Shown: one piece after another, positions 22,685 through 34,111 of the stretch | Layout: each line of letters begins with the position of its first letter | Position numbering within the stretch: position 1 is the first letter of the stretch | Source of the DNA: Halocafeteria seosinensis | Lineage: Eukaryota | Length of the DNA stretch: 39,952 nucleotides | Direction of reading: 5' to 3' | Assembly: GCA_001687465.1 (NCBI GenBank) | Contig: LVLI01000081.1 | Coordinates: forward strand, 1 to 39,952 | Position numbers and translations under genes: made by a program | The notes under the pieces: model-generated | Told to the model about the DNA's origin: nothing | Database searches by the model: none | What the model saw: the letters and a program-made list of their open reading frames with translations, nothing else

Positions 22685-25576
22685 TCAAGAAATGCAAGCG
22701 TCAGATAGCTTCGATGATCCGAATAGTTCCGTTAAGAAGAGGAGTGACCTCGCGTGGTCAACTATAAGTCCCCATACGAGTAAATATGACAGAATGGCCG
22801 TGATTGTCATGGGAACGACCATCTGACTGTTACTGAATACTGCTAAGCCTGTAGAAACGAGGCTAATTCCCAGTTTGTGTCGAAGTACAAGATCACAGAT
22901 ACCAATGGCTAAGACGTTGGTGATGAAGGTTGCACCATTGTATTCCATGATGGTGCGATATTGGGCCGAGCAAACTTCCGAATAAGGGAAGGACTGCAAT
23001 ACTTGCAGTTTGAGACAACCTCAAACATACTACAGCGGTTCGAAATTCTGCTTAAATCTTACCTCACTATTGTGTCCAAATACCATAAAGGAGAACACGA
23101 AAAAGAAGGCAAAAGTCGCATACAGGTCGGCAAAGAACATCATAAAAAGAGTCTGACAACGGCTAAGCACCCTGCACTTGTCCAAACGAGTAAATGGATG
23201 GAAAAAAAGAAAACAAGAGGATTTCAACACTAGATAACCATCCCTTACCATCCAAGTAAGACGAACTCTTCGCGAGGATTTGTCACAGCCCATTCGTATT
23301 CCGCTCCCTGCCTACCGGGAACAAGCTCTTCAGGAGAAATATCTAAGAGTGTCGCCGTGGAAATACTGTGTCTCCGCTGACGTGGAAGTTCAGGTGTATC
23401 GACCAATCGACTCAGCGAACGCATCATAAATTCGTGCTGGATCGATGACATGTCAGAAAAAGTGCTCTGAGAGCCACTATACTGATACATGCTCGTCTTC
23501 ACAGGCGGTTCCTGAAACAGCTCATTCTGCAGCCGCTTGAGCCCCTGACGAGTTGGAGACATTAGTGCCATCTCCACACCATGCGGGTGACGTTTCGCTT
23601 TCTCCTCAACTCGGGGAGTATGCGGGAACAGAGCAGTCTTTTCCAATAACTTGAAAGCCGCGCGAGAAGGAATCCCAGAAAGGAAGGAGACGACAGACCG
23701 ACAGTTCCAACTTCTGAGCCTATCGACCAGGCCCGGTCTATGCAAAGCTGCGATCCGCGAATTCATGTATAAACAGGCATTGCAAAGAAACATGGGTGAA
23801 AATGTCAAAGAACTTACACAGCTGCGAGGGTGAGACTGCATTCATCCGCTCATGGGGGTCAACAGCTGTTAAAGGCATAATAGCTTTCCTGCTTCGTTTA
23901 CGACTTAGCTGAGACCACGAAGGCAAGCTAACAACCCAAGAAGCCCCCGTAAATAAAACAACCCCCAATTCACCAAAAAGAATCAAAACAAATACAATAT
24001 CGGAAGAGATCTCGGGAAGAATGAACGTGAGGAACATTTCAGAGAGGCATTCGAAGAAATAATCCGCTAATTTGAAACCCGAAACGTTTAAACGGTCATC
24101 TAGACTTCTTTCCTCAGTACGACTAAGCGAAGCATGGTATTCTCCATCCCACAGCTTCCCACCATATCTTGCTCTATGAAAAATTAGCGGTATTATCCCC
24201 TTGCGAAAGACAACGCTTGTCAAAGAGAACCCTATAGCTAACAACGCTTGCAAACCATCATCACCACTCGTTAAACGAAAAAATAACAAGAACGTTACAC
24301 ACGTCAGATAGAAAGCGCTATAGGTAAGCGTCAGAGCCATAAGCACGAGAAACCTCCTTCTCTGAAATACTGTATACGAAGGTAACATTGACCTTACCTC
24401 ACGGGAATCCCCCGTAACACTCCTTCGCCTAAAGTGGTTTGTGTAGGTGGCAGGAATTAGAGACTGGTGTTGTGACGCTCGCTTAACCGGATCAGAGTGA
24501 CTTCGACGTAGCGTGTTCTTTAACCTCTTCGTAAACTTTTTTGTATTTCTTCCACATGATAAAATTCCTTCAAATAGCGCAGGCTCCGCAATGCCCTTTT
24601 CGTACTGCGGTAACTTAGTTTTTACAAAAACGTAAGATCGATACACCTGTATCGCTAGGAAACCTGGTGGCCCGATGAGATTGTCCAGCAGTGGAACAGG
24701 AAATGCTCCAAATATGCGCGTCATAAAGTCTTGAATAAAAAGTGTGAGCAAAATCTTCGCTACTGTCGGCCACAAATCAAAATAGAAGTGGTCATCTGGC
24801 TTCAAGTATATCATCTCCATTGCCAGCATTATCAAATCCACAAACAGGAGAACAATCGATTTCTGTGTATCGCGTTCGAATTTAAAATTTTAATGAAGGA
24901 GACAATATACAATCGAGGAACTTACCTGCAGTATCCATCCCCAGATATCGGACATGGGCCAGAAACCATCACTGCCAACAGGTTCAGATAGTTCGCGTAA
25001 TGGCAGAGAGACTTGTACCATATCCAGTGCCGCAGGGAGGAGCAATCCGATCAGGACGGCCATCGCGCCATAGCGACACGATGACGGTACATGCCAAAAA
25101 TGAGCGAAGAAACTGAAGACGTTATGCTTCGTCTTTTTCCAAACCCGGACTATCTCAATTCCAATTAGTCCCAATTTCGTCGTTATTACCTCCGGGCCTA
25201 ACCGAATTTTGTGCCATGGGTTGCTTTCAGCACTTTTCGAAGGAAACATTTCCCAGACGTAGCGATAATCACTTGAAGAGCTCTTGCTGCCGTCGAACAG
25301 GTCCTTCGCCGCCGCCGTGAGGGCGTATTTGGATGAGGGCCTGACTTTGCGCCCGCCTCTTCCACGCTGCTGCGCGTCCCCTGCTTCATGGGAGGCTTTA
25401 AACGGAGCAACATTGAGTCGAATATCATTACCACTAGGAAACCCAGCTGCATTCTGGTCCATAGCCGAATTAACAGGCGCATTATCGGGTTCTGGTCCCG
25501 GTCCAGGTTCCTCCAACGGTGTTCTTCTGTGCCTCTTGCTTGGGGAGATGGAATCAAATTCCTGTGGCCGAGCCAT
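22685..25576 (-). CDS. Multi-pass membrane protein, tandem paralog 2, 5 exons
   Basis: ATG at 25576 (MARPQ). Introns 24863-24925, 23748-23817, 23172-23248 and 22994-23062. Same motifs and intron phases as paralog 1. Confidence 0.8.
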
Positions 25577-26318
25577 AGCCTTTCCAGAGACGCAGGACAA
25601 GGGCACAACCTTTGATATTCACGTAGAGGAACCTCTTCCTTCATGGAAGCCCTCTCCCCATTTTCTCATGCTCCTTCAAGAACGCAAGAGACACGCGGTT
25701 TCAGCCTCAATGGCACACCACGGCTGCCAGTTCTGCAATGCATGTATGTATACAACTCCTTCCAAGCCAAATCATGCAACACGGAGTGCGCACGCGCCTT
25801 GTATTGTATCTTTGAAGTTGACTCATTTCCGCATTCTGCCAGTCACCAACCCGCTTCAACGGGAAGTCTGTGCCTCTTTTTTGCCGCTGCTAAGCCAATT
25901 CGACACGGGGGATAACTTCAACGACTGTCTTATTTAATGCTATCCAGTGTAGTGCGAGACTCCGGAAAAAAATACTCTGGAAGCTGTATGTACTGCGTTG
26001 CCTGGCGGCTTCGGGTTCGCCAATCAATGCCAGTTGAGACATCGCCAGCCTACCAGTTCTCTCCTTTTCATAACGTACCAAGGACTCTTAATATTGGAAG
26101 GAGGAGCATGTGACCTCTAAAGGACCGTAGGAAACTACCTACTACCGGTATACAGGAGATTTGGCGCCGCTGGACGGTGCTGCACTACACTACCAGTACA
26201 CGTAGTCAGGACACTGAGACAGGAGCTCACGACTGAGTCACGAGAACCGAGATTGACGCAACATGCGGGAAAGTAGAAAACCATGGTTGTAGACTGATGT
26301 CACATTAACGGGTCCAAA

Positions 26319-29308
26319 TTACGCTTCGCAAGGACCTTCCGGAGTAAGAGAGCCATACCTCTCGGTGAAGTACAAAAGGATATGGGTGTGGTCCACTATA
26401 AAGCTCCAGACGAGGCCGTATGCTAAGGATGCGATGAAAATCATCGGCACAAAGGAATGGGCGTGACGAAACAACGTCGTCCCTGTGGCAATAAGACTAA
26501 TTCCAAGTTTGCACCTCAGGATGAAATCGCACATCCAAATGCCAAGGATATTCGCGAGAATAGTTGCAGTGTTGTACTCCATAACACGGCGGAATTGCGC
26601 GTCACACACCCTCGAGTAGGGAAACGACTGAAAACATAACAGATCAACAATATGCGAAATAGGCAGGCAAACGGAACGTGCCAGAAACTGCTGCGCCAAC
26701 ATACCTCCTTGTTGTTCCCATAAACCATAAAACTAAAGAGAAAGTAGAAGGAAACGTTTGACATGATGTCGGCAAAGAACATAACAAAGAGAGTCTGACA
26801 GCGCTGGATAACCCTGCGAGACACAGAAACGAGAGAAAATCAGCGATCCATGCTTTTCTGTTCCTCCTGAATAACACATTTCTACTTACCAGCCAAGCAT
26901 TGCGAACTCCTCATCGGCGTTCGTTATTTGCCACTGATAACGCAGCTCTGGAATAGCTTCTGATTCCCCAGCTGCCGTGTTCCCTAGCCAGTCGTATAAA
27001 GGATACAGATCCTTGGGTCTCGATTGTTGTGGCAGCAGTCCTAAATCGGCCGGGGATAGATTCTGCAACCGGGCCAGGCTATTCGTTCGTCGCCTATTGG
27101 GCTGTACCGATGCTGTGCCAGTGCGGACCAGTGGCACAAGCCAACGCAGGGCCCATTCTTTCGCGTAAGTTGTAAAGTCTGATGTCGGGTCTCCAAAGCT
27201 CTGTTTATTCTGAGCTGCTTTGGTGGCCACAATCACTTTCTGGGCCCTGGCACGTTTCCAAGAGAAAGTACTCATAGTCAGCCTAGAGTCGTGAGGGAAG
27301 GGCATTAACCTCGAAGCTACAATCGGTTTGCGTGGGTGAAATAGTTGGCGAATGATTAACTGTATCGTTGGATAAGGCGGAACACCTGTTAACGTTCCCA
27401 ACACTCTAGATAGCCAAGTTTCCTTTGTGTTTCGTTTCTTAGCAGACTCCTCGCGTACTGCTATACTCTGTTCTCTAGTCACCGGCCGAGAGGTACCCGC
27501 TCTGTCAGTAGTTTCAACAGGACTAACTGCCTGCTTATTGCGAGCCTTCCGAGAAAAACCAGCCCAAGACGGAAGCTGGATAAGCCAGGATGCACCAGTA
27601 AATAGAATTACCATTACTTCGAGAAGCACAATAAGAACGAAGACGCCATTGGAGGAAATTTCAGGTAAAATGAAGGTCAAAAAAGTTTCCGCCAAGCACT
27701 CAAAATAATAGTCTGCCAGTCGAAATCCCGAAGCATTTACCCGCTTATCGTACCTCTCATCGAGGCTGGCTGATGGATCATAGTAATCTCCGTCCCACCA
27801 CCGACTCCCGTAACAGGCGTATTTGAACACATTGGGGACCAAAAACTTCCGGAACCCAACACTAACTGCTGTAAATCCTACAGCGGCGAGCGCCTGGTGG
27901 GAATCGGATCCAGCTGTTATTCGGAATACGAGCAGAAAGAAAACACAGGCTGAGTAAAACATGATATAAAGTAAGATAAGGGCAACGAGTGTAAGTAGTC
28001 TCCTTCGTTGGAACGCGTGATAGGCGGTCAGGTATGATGTGCCATGTGTCAAAGAGTCCATGGAAAAATCCAGAGATCCTCGTCTTAGTGACGTGGACTT
28101 GCCTACTCCTGACGTGGATTCATCCTTATAGTTGATGCGCCATCTTTGCAACTGAAGCTTCAAATACTTTTTCAGTCGCCGATTGAGTCTCGACGTATTT
28201 CGGCCAGCAGATAGAATCATCTCTAGCAGAGATGGTTTAGCTGTACCTCTTTCGTACTCCGGAAGTTTTCGCACCACAAATGTGTAAATGTGATACGCTG
28301 TAACTGCACCACAAAGTGTTGGGCCGATTATACTATCCAGGAAAGGTACAGGGAAGGCACCCAGTGCGCGAGGTATGAAATCCTGTGCAATAAAGGTTAG
28401 TACAACCTTCGCCATTGTGGGCCACATTGAAAAGTAAAAATGATCATCCGGAGCCAAGTAGATCACTTCCATAGAGACAAAGATTAAATCCACAAGAACA
28501 ATTGCAATAGTTTTCTGTGTACGACGCAAAGGGAGGGTATCGTATATAACTAACGTACAGTCGGAAAAATCGCAAAGAAACTCACTTGTAATAGCCATCC
28601 CCAAGTGTCTGAGAACGGGAGAAATCCATCACTCCCCGGCGGTTCAGATAATCGATGTAAAGGAAGCACTGTCAAGACAATGTTGATTGCTGTGGGCACA
28701 AGTATCCCAAGGAATACCGCGCGTCCCAAATTGGCCCAGGTATTTTGGCCGGAAAACCTGGTACTCCAGAGATGGGCTAAAAACTTGCTGGGTCGATTTT
28801 TGTTCCACCTCGAAACTCTCATTAGGTTGATCCCCACAATTCCTAGAAATTTTGTTACTGCCTCCGGACCTCGTAGCACACTGTTGCGTATCGACTCTTT
28901 CTTTCGCAATGGGGTATTGCCATCGAAGAGTTCCCACAAAAACACATCCGAGTTGCTCGACCTCGAGGAGTCGTTCGATTCTTCGCTTGCATTATGAATT
29001 GCACCAGTCACTCTCGTTGGTTCGACATTCCTTGTCCCTGATAATTGCGTTAAATTGTTGAAATCCACACCATCTCGGTGCCGTCCTCCTCTAGACTGTC
29101 GGCTGCTGAGGACCGGTCGACGGCCAGACGCCCCATGTTGTCCACTCCGCGTACCACGAGATTCAAAAAGGGATGAATATGAGCTAGATGTCCCCTCGCT
29201 CGTCATAGGGCCTGAGGAAGGGTCCTCCATACGCTCTCTGCTTTCCCACAGCCCGATGTCCGAGCCATCGGCCGTCTCCTGTCGGTAATAAGACTGCCGA
29301 AAGCTCAT
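26319..29308 (-). CDS. Multi-pass membrane protein, tandem paralog 3, 4 exons
   Basis: Introns 28515-28585, 26814-26889 and 26628-26704. Closest to paralog 2 (shared DDHFYF..WPT.AK, SGF.LADY.FECL.E.FLTFILPEISS, RCQTLF). Confidence 0.8.
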
Positions 29309-30401
29309 TTTCTTTCCGATCTCTTCGACTTCAGTAAAGCAGCTACATTCATTTCCATCAAGGGGCCGTGCTAGAAAGTGAGTGGGCTCATTATAGCGCT
29401 CGGAAAGGAAGAAAAGCCGTTGTTGTTCGCCACCGACGCGTCAAGCCACACAATGACATGAGCGCTAGTATGCATTCACGTCAAACGAGCCCATACAGTT
29501 GAAACCTCTTGAGACACATCAGAGGACAGACATTGACAATGACACGAAATAGACACTTGATGGAGACTTCCTTGAAGATAGGGACGGAGCTGTGGATGCT
29601 TACTTGAGGTGTCGCCGACGGCGAGGTTCTACACCATGCTGAAGCCAAACACTGCCGTCCAAAGAGCGCTGCTACATGGCACCGGGAGTGGGAAAGGTAG
29701 CGCAAAGGGAGGTAATGGATGAAAACTGCTGATAGGGGGGAAGACACAGATACATGGGACAGCACAACTCCGCACGCGAAAAGAGAAGCCATCGGAATGT
29801 AAAGAATGCAGTCCAGGGTTAAAATCGAAGACTCAATTCAGCAGGTTAGGATCGCATTAATATATAGGACGGGAGAGCAAAACACAGTCGTACTGGCTCA
29901 ATCAGGTAAGCCAAGAACGAAGCAATGAACCAAGATTCCAAGATGACGGCACGGACTCTGAAGCCGTACATGTACGATGTCTGGAGCATTTCGAGAGTAG
30001 GAGCTCCCGCAATCGTATCTGCATCGGAACGCTGCAGTGTGTTAACCAAGTCTCGTGAGCTGCGCTGGGCCAGTTCTAAGACCAGTGAATTTTGGATTAA
30101 CATGGATTAAGCTATGGTACAAGCCATGTTTTGCCTCCCAAAGTTCGCTACAAGTTGTATCTCAGGATCAGCCACGATAGTCTATCTACCCTGGAAAAGC
30201 ACGTAACGAGGGTTAAAGGGGGGAGGAGGGATGAAGCAGCATTGCACAGCTGATCATACAGCTAGGTGGAGATTCTGCGTAACCAATCTGTTTCTGCCGC
30301 TTTGCAGAGACAAGAGTGGGTTTTGCAAGAACCTAAAGTAGAGATATCGGCCTTTCTTGAATATTTCCGACAACAGCGTCGCTAATTTGGTTCGCTTCTA
30401 G

Positions 30402-30460
30402 ACACACACACCCATGTGACAGATAGCCCACCGGCCAGGAAGTTGACCGCATCCTCTCAA
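30402..30460 (-). mobile_element. Short 3'-end copy of the (GT)n-tailed retroelement (reverse strand)
   Basis: Reverse complement agaggatgcggtcaacttcctggccggtgggctatctgtcacatgg(gt)n matches 7171-7220. It is flanked by ctagac at 30398-30403 and 30461-30466. Confidence 0.85.
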
Positions 30461-30499
30461 CTAGACTGGAGTTCTAGTTATCCATATATGGTTATCGAA

Positions 30500-30531
30500 C
30501 TGTCACATGTGTGTGTGTGTGTGTGTGTGTG
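30500..30531 (+). mobile_element. Minimal 3'-end copy of the retroelement: ctgtcacat + (GT)n
   Basis: ctgtcacat directly precedes the (GT)n run as in the other copies. Flanking tcga at 30495-30498 and 30532-30535. Only 9 non-repeat bases match. Confidence 0.55.
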
Positions 30532-30639
30532 TCGAGGAAGATGGTAGTACAAGTTGCTGAACTTGTACTGTACGTACAACAGTGTTGGTTATACAGTCAA
30601 TGGCTCCGATGGAGACACTCAGATTTCTCTACACCCAAC

Positions 30640-31400
30640 GAGACTGTCGACGGTGGTAAAGGGGACATCATAGACTTGGCGCTGGGATATGTGGTTACGA
30701 AGGAGGAAAAGCAGCTGATCAGACCAAGATCTCGATTTCCCATTCTACAGGACCAATTGGGAAGAAGCAGATGGCATAGCGGGAATGCGTCTCGGATATA
30801 GCTTCGGTTTGGTAAATACTACTGATTGCTATGCAACAAGTGTGCTGGAAGGGGACGGGTGCTGCAACCGAAAACGGCAGGGTTTTCGTTACCAGGTCAT
30901 ATTCCACTGGAGACGCGAACAACGGTGGCATCGCGGGAGGAGCTGCTGGATGGAACAATGGTTATGTACACATCAGCGAATGTTACGCGTCAGGAATAAT
31001 AACTACTGATGGTGGTGGCATTACCGGGAATGAGCTAAGCGCTAACTATGGAGATATAGATTGCTACTCCGTCGGTTGGCGATATCACTGAGACCCTAGC
31101 AGGAGGAATATGCGGATCTGCAACTGGTGGCGCTGCCGGGTCCGACCCCGGGAAAGTATTAATTGCTATCACTTACGCTTCAGGTAAGGAAAAGGATGTG
31201 AACTCTGGTGGCATCGTAGGCCATGTATCGAATTTCTTTCGTGGGAACATTGAAGTATTCAGTCTACAATGGATCGTCGAACGCTGCCATGGTCGGGGGG
31301 GCGGGTCTTCGATGACATGCCTCCGTTAGTGAACAGTACAGGGATTTCAAACGAGTTAGAAGAGAGATTAGAACCACTATACCACTTCGACGGAAGGCAA
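30640..31400 (+). pseudogene. Frameshifted GLUG-like repeat (beta-solenoid surface protein) gene remnant
   Basis: Repeated GGIxG...xxCY(A/S)xG units across frames: DGIAG..TDCYAT, RSYSTG..GGIAG..SECYASG..GGITG..DCYSVG, GGICG..TYASG..GGIVG. Boundaries approximate. Confidence 0.6.
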
Positions 31401-31601
31401 GTAATAACGATCCCAGACGTGCGGGAAAAGGGTACTTTAGTGCTTGCTCGAAAATCGTCGCCGGTACCTAGCAGATACCCGTCTCTTGAACAACCGTCCG
31501 CTTGCAGCGTACGAATTGGACCTATTACGCCAGAATTCGCACTGTTTAAAGTATCCATTGTCGTCCATTTATTGGGCGGTACTATCTTTCTCTAAACGCG
31601 C

Positions 31602-32417
31602 TCAGCATTTCGTGAAGGTGATTACCCATATGCAATCTCTACTCGGATCCTCGAGAGGTGAGGCAGCCACTCTATAAATCTTTGTCACCAGATTAAAATC
31701 TGGAAGCTTTTGTCGACAGCTCAGCCTTGTGTGCCAGCAGGTCTCGCTGGTTGTCATCTTATCCATACCTGCGTACTTCAATACACAATAGGGGTTCCTT
31801 ATGGACACCACAACGATCGCTCCACCAACGACGAGTACACGTTCCCACTCCCGGAGCAATCGAGTAAATTCCAATTGTTTACGCTGTTCGTGTGATTCGG
31901 CATACAGTGTCTCTTTAGTGCTCAATATCGTATCAATTGTACCCTTGTCCACTACCAGATCGACACTGCCATCGGTCCAAGCCTCCAGATCGCCGCAGTC
32001 CATGACGTGAAAACGATGGTGAATGCATTGCATACCATGTCCGGACATGTGCTCCAAGTCCCTCTCTGCAATTGCTTCCTGTAACGTATCAATGCACACC
32101 CTGACGAAATCGATATGATGTAGCACCACTTGGAGCTGCTGCTGACATGCTGATTCCCCTCCCAGGGGGCTATAGTCCAGGTACGATACAAAGTCCGATG
32201 TCCCACATCCTACATGCAGCACCTCAATTTGTTCCTTATGAGCTGCTCGTTCATCCACCTCCTGCTGTGCCCGGTGTTTAGCGTGATCATCCAGAACGCG
32301 GTTCACAGTCGGGATGAAAACTGGATTCTCAGGGCCGCAATACCAATCAATCGCTCCCGATCTCGATCGATAATAGCTGTCCCAGTACTCTGCAGTGTTC
32401 ATTGCATACTTCAACAA
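31602..32417 (-). CDS. Class I SAM-dependent methyltransferase, EEF1AKMT4/METTL13-N/METTL12-like
   Basis: EYWDSYY..DWY, motif I VLHVGCGTS, HIDF, VMDC.DL, DGSVDLVVDKGTIDTI and RVLVVGG. The first in-frame ATG is at 32402, or an upstream exon exists. Confidence 0.85.
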   Translation of the reverse strand: MLKYAMNTAEYWDSYYRSRSGAIDWYCGPENPVFIPTVNRVLDDHAKHRAQQEVDERAAHKEQIEVLHVGCGTSDFVSYLDYSPLGGESACQQQLQVVLHHIDFVRVCIDTLQEAIAERDLEHMSGHGMQCIHHRFHVMDCGDLEAWTDGSVDLVVDKGTIDTILSTKETLYAESHEQRKQLEFTRLLREWERVLVVGGAIVVVSIRNPYCVLKYAGMDKMTTSETCWHTRLSCRQKLPDFNLVTKIYRVAASPLEDPSRDCIWVITFTKC

Positions 32418-32789
32418 CCGTCAAACCCCGCCACTACCTTACAATACTATTGGTCTAACTCATTCTATACCACCATTGACTAAGCGGAGTTGCATAGTTC
32501 CGCACTTGCTGATTGGTGCCAACAGTCTTTGTTTGTTGAGCAGTGTGGCCCAACATATACACACAAGGAAGAAAGAGAAAGTGAGATACTTCTTGGGCTG
32601 AGTTAGTTCATTTTTATATACTATCATCATTTCGATGCCGGGAGCCAACTTGGAACTCAGATATGCTTCGAGTTGTAGGATATAAATTCACAGCCATACG
32701 GATATCTTAAGTTAGCTTTTAACATTACCAAAAGTTCACTTGGGCGAAAGCTTTGCTAGTTTGTGCGATATCCTCCACTTCTGAATGCC

Positions 32790-33871
32790 TCAGATCGTAT
32801 CGACGTTTTCCACTGCAAGTAACCCTTGAGGTGAATACGGATAAGGTTGCTTGCCTCCCGTGTTTTCGTGAACAGTCACATCTGTTATTAATTGCAAGAC
32901 ATACATATGAACAAAAGGGATACATAAGAAATGTAGGTGTGACTTACTGCATTTATTCACAAGGAGTTGCCAGACGGTCTTGATCGAGTCTGGCCAGGCA
33001 TGAATACAGCCAGCGGAATTGGGCATCGGTTGAGGCGGTTCCCATCCAGCATACTGATGCCATTCTCCTGTATGCATCAATATTCCATGGCGTACTTTTG
33101 GCACAAGGAAAGCGGCATTTCCCTTGAGTCCTTTGACAGCTCTGTTTACTGGATACGGCCCGTACAGCTTAGGGATAGGCTCGGGGGAGTTCAAGTCAAA
33201 CTCAAATAGTCCAGTAGGCGTATTTCCATCGGAGGAGAATTCGTTGAGTCCAGGTCCACTGTTGTTAAAATTAGGCCAAGTATGGTTCGTGCCTTGAGTA
33301 TGGCCATGCGCTCGTACTACGTAGGCAAACAGTTTATTCAAATCGGCATCGTATAGCGTGGCTGTGGTCTCAATGCTCCTATTCGAGTGCACTGGTACAT
33401 GCACCAGGTACTTGTATCCCAAATGTCTCGGAGTCACGGATGGGTCCCAATGGTAATCGTCGGCTGAAAGATGGCCAAGCACATGGTGTGCCGTCACTGA
33501 GCTAACCACTCCGGTAACTGGCAGCGACACCTCTGCAAGACGCAAACTTCCCCCCCAAGCACTAGCATGAGACAACAAATTCCAAGGGGAAAACGTTAAA
33601 ACTTACGCTTCTGAAAATCTTTGACCTTACTGGCAGTCTTTGGGCCGTATATGGAATCGACATTGATGGGCGATGAAGATGGCATGCGGTTCAGGAAATT
33701 CTGAAGAATATACACGTCCGTTCCTTCCAAATACGGATTTTGCACCGACAGCTCCCGGCTAAATGGGCGAGGCATGTTCGACCCATAGAAACCTCTCAGT
33801 GTCTCCGCTGTGGCGAATATAGGTGGATAAAGCAAACAAGACGCCACTAGCGACACCAGGATCCAAGACAT
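32790..33871 (-). CDS. Secreted peptidoglycan-binding domain + L,D-transpeptidase (YkuD)-like protein, 3 exons
   Basis: Signal peptide MSWILVSLVASCLL. PG_binding_1-like GTDVYILQNFL..VDSIYGPKTASKVKDFQKQVSLPVTGVV. TPTG and ILMHTG..NSAGCIH give the His/Cys catalytic motif. Introns 33533-33606 and 32882-32947. Confidence 0.8.
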
Positions 33872-34111
33872 TTTCACCGTTTTAAGTTTCTTTCCGTCCA
33901 TTAGACACAAGCTATACCCACGATTGAATACGAGAAAACTTTAATGAATACGGCCGCACACGCACCGATATTCAAACCCCTTAAATGGGAGGAAAATGAA
34001 GCTAATATGGTGCAGATTGCCAACTTCAACTACGAGGCCTGGGTAGGAGAATGCTGTGGAATAATCTTCAGCGTGTATTCACTCAATTTTTATGCATACC
34101 GACAAGTATAG

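Noticed and set aside
25284..25937. 217-aa plus-strand ORF and many other short ORFs overlapping annotated genes
   Set aside because: They are antisense or alternate-frame shadows of better-supported genes, with no recognisable motifs.
29481..30110. Short hydrophobic minus-strand ORFs with possible splice donors
   Set aside because: I could not build a stop-free spliced model or recognise a family. It may be a gene remnant.
13435..33871. Functional bacterivory cluster (peptidase, TM9SF/Phg1-like, YkuD-like)
   Set aside because: The genes are far apart and interspersed with unrelated housekeeping genes. Nothing in the sequence indicates co-regulation.
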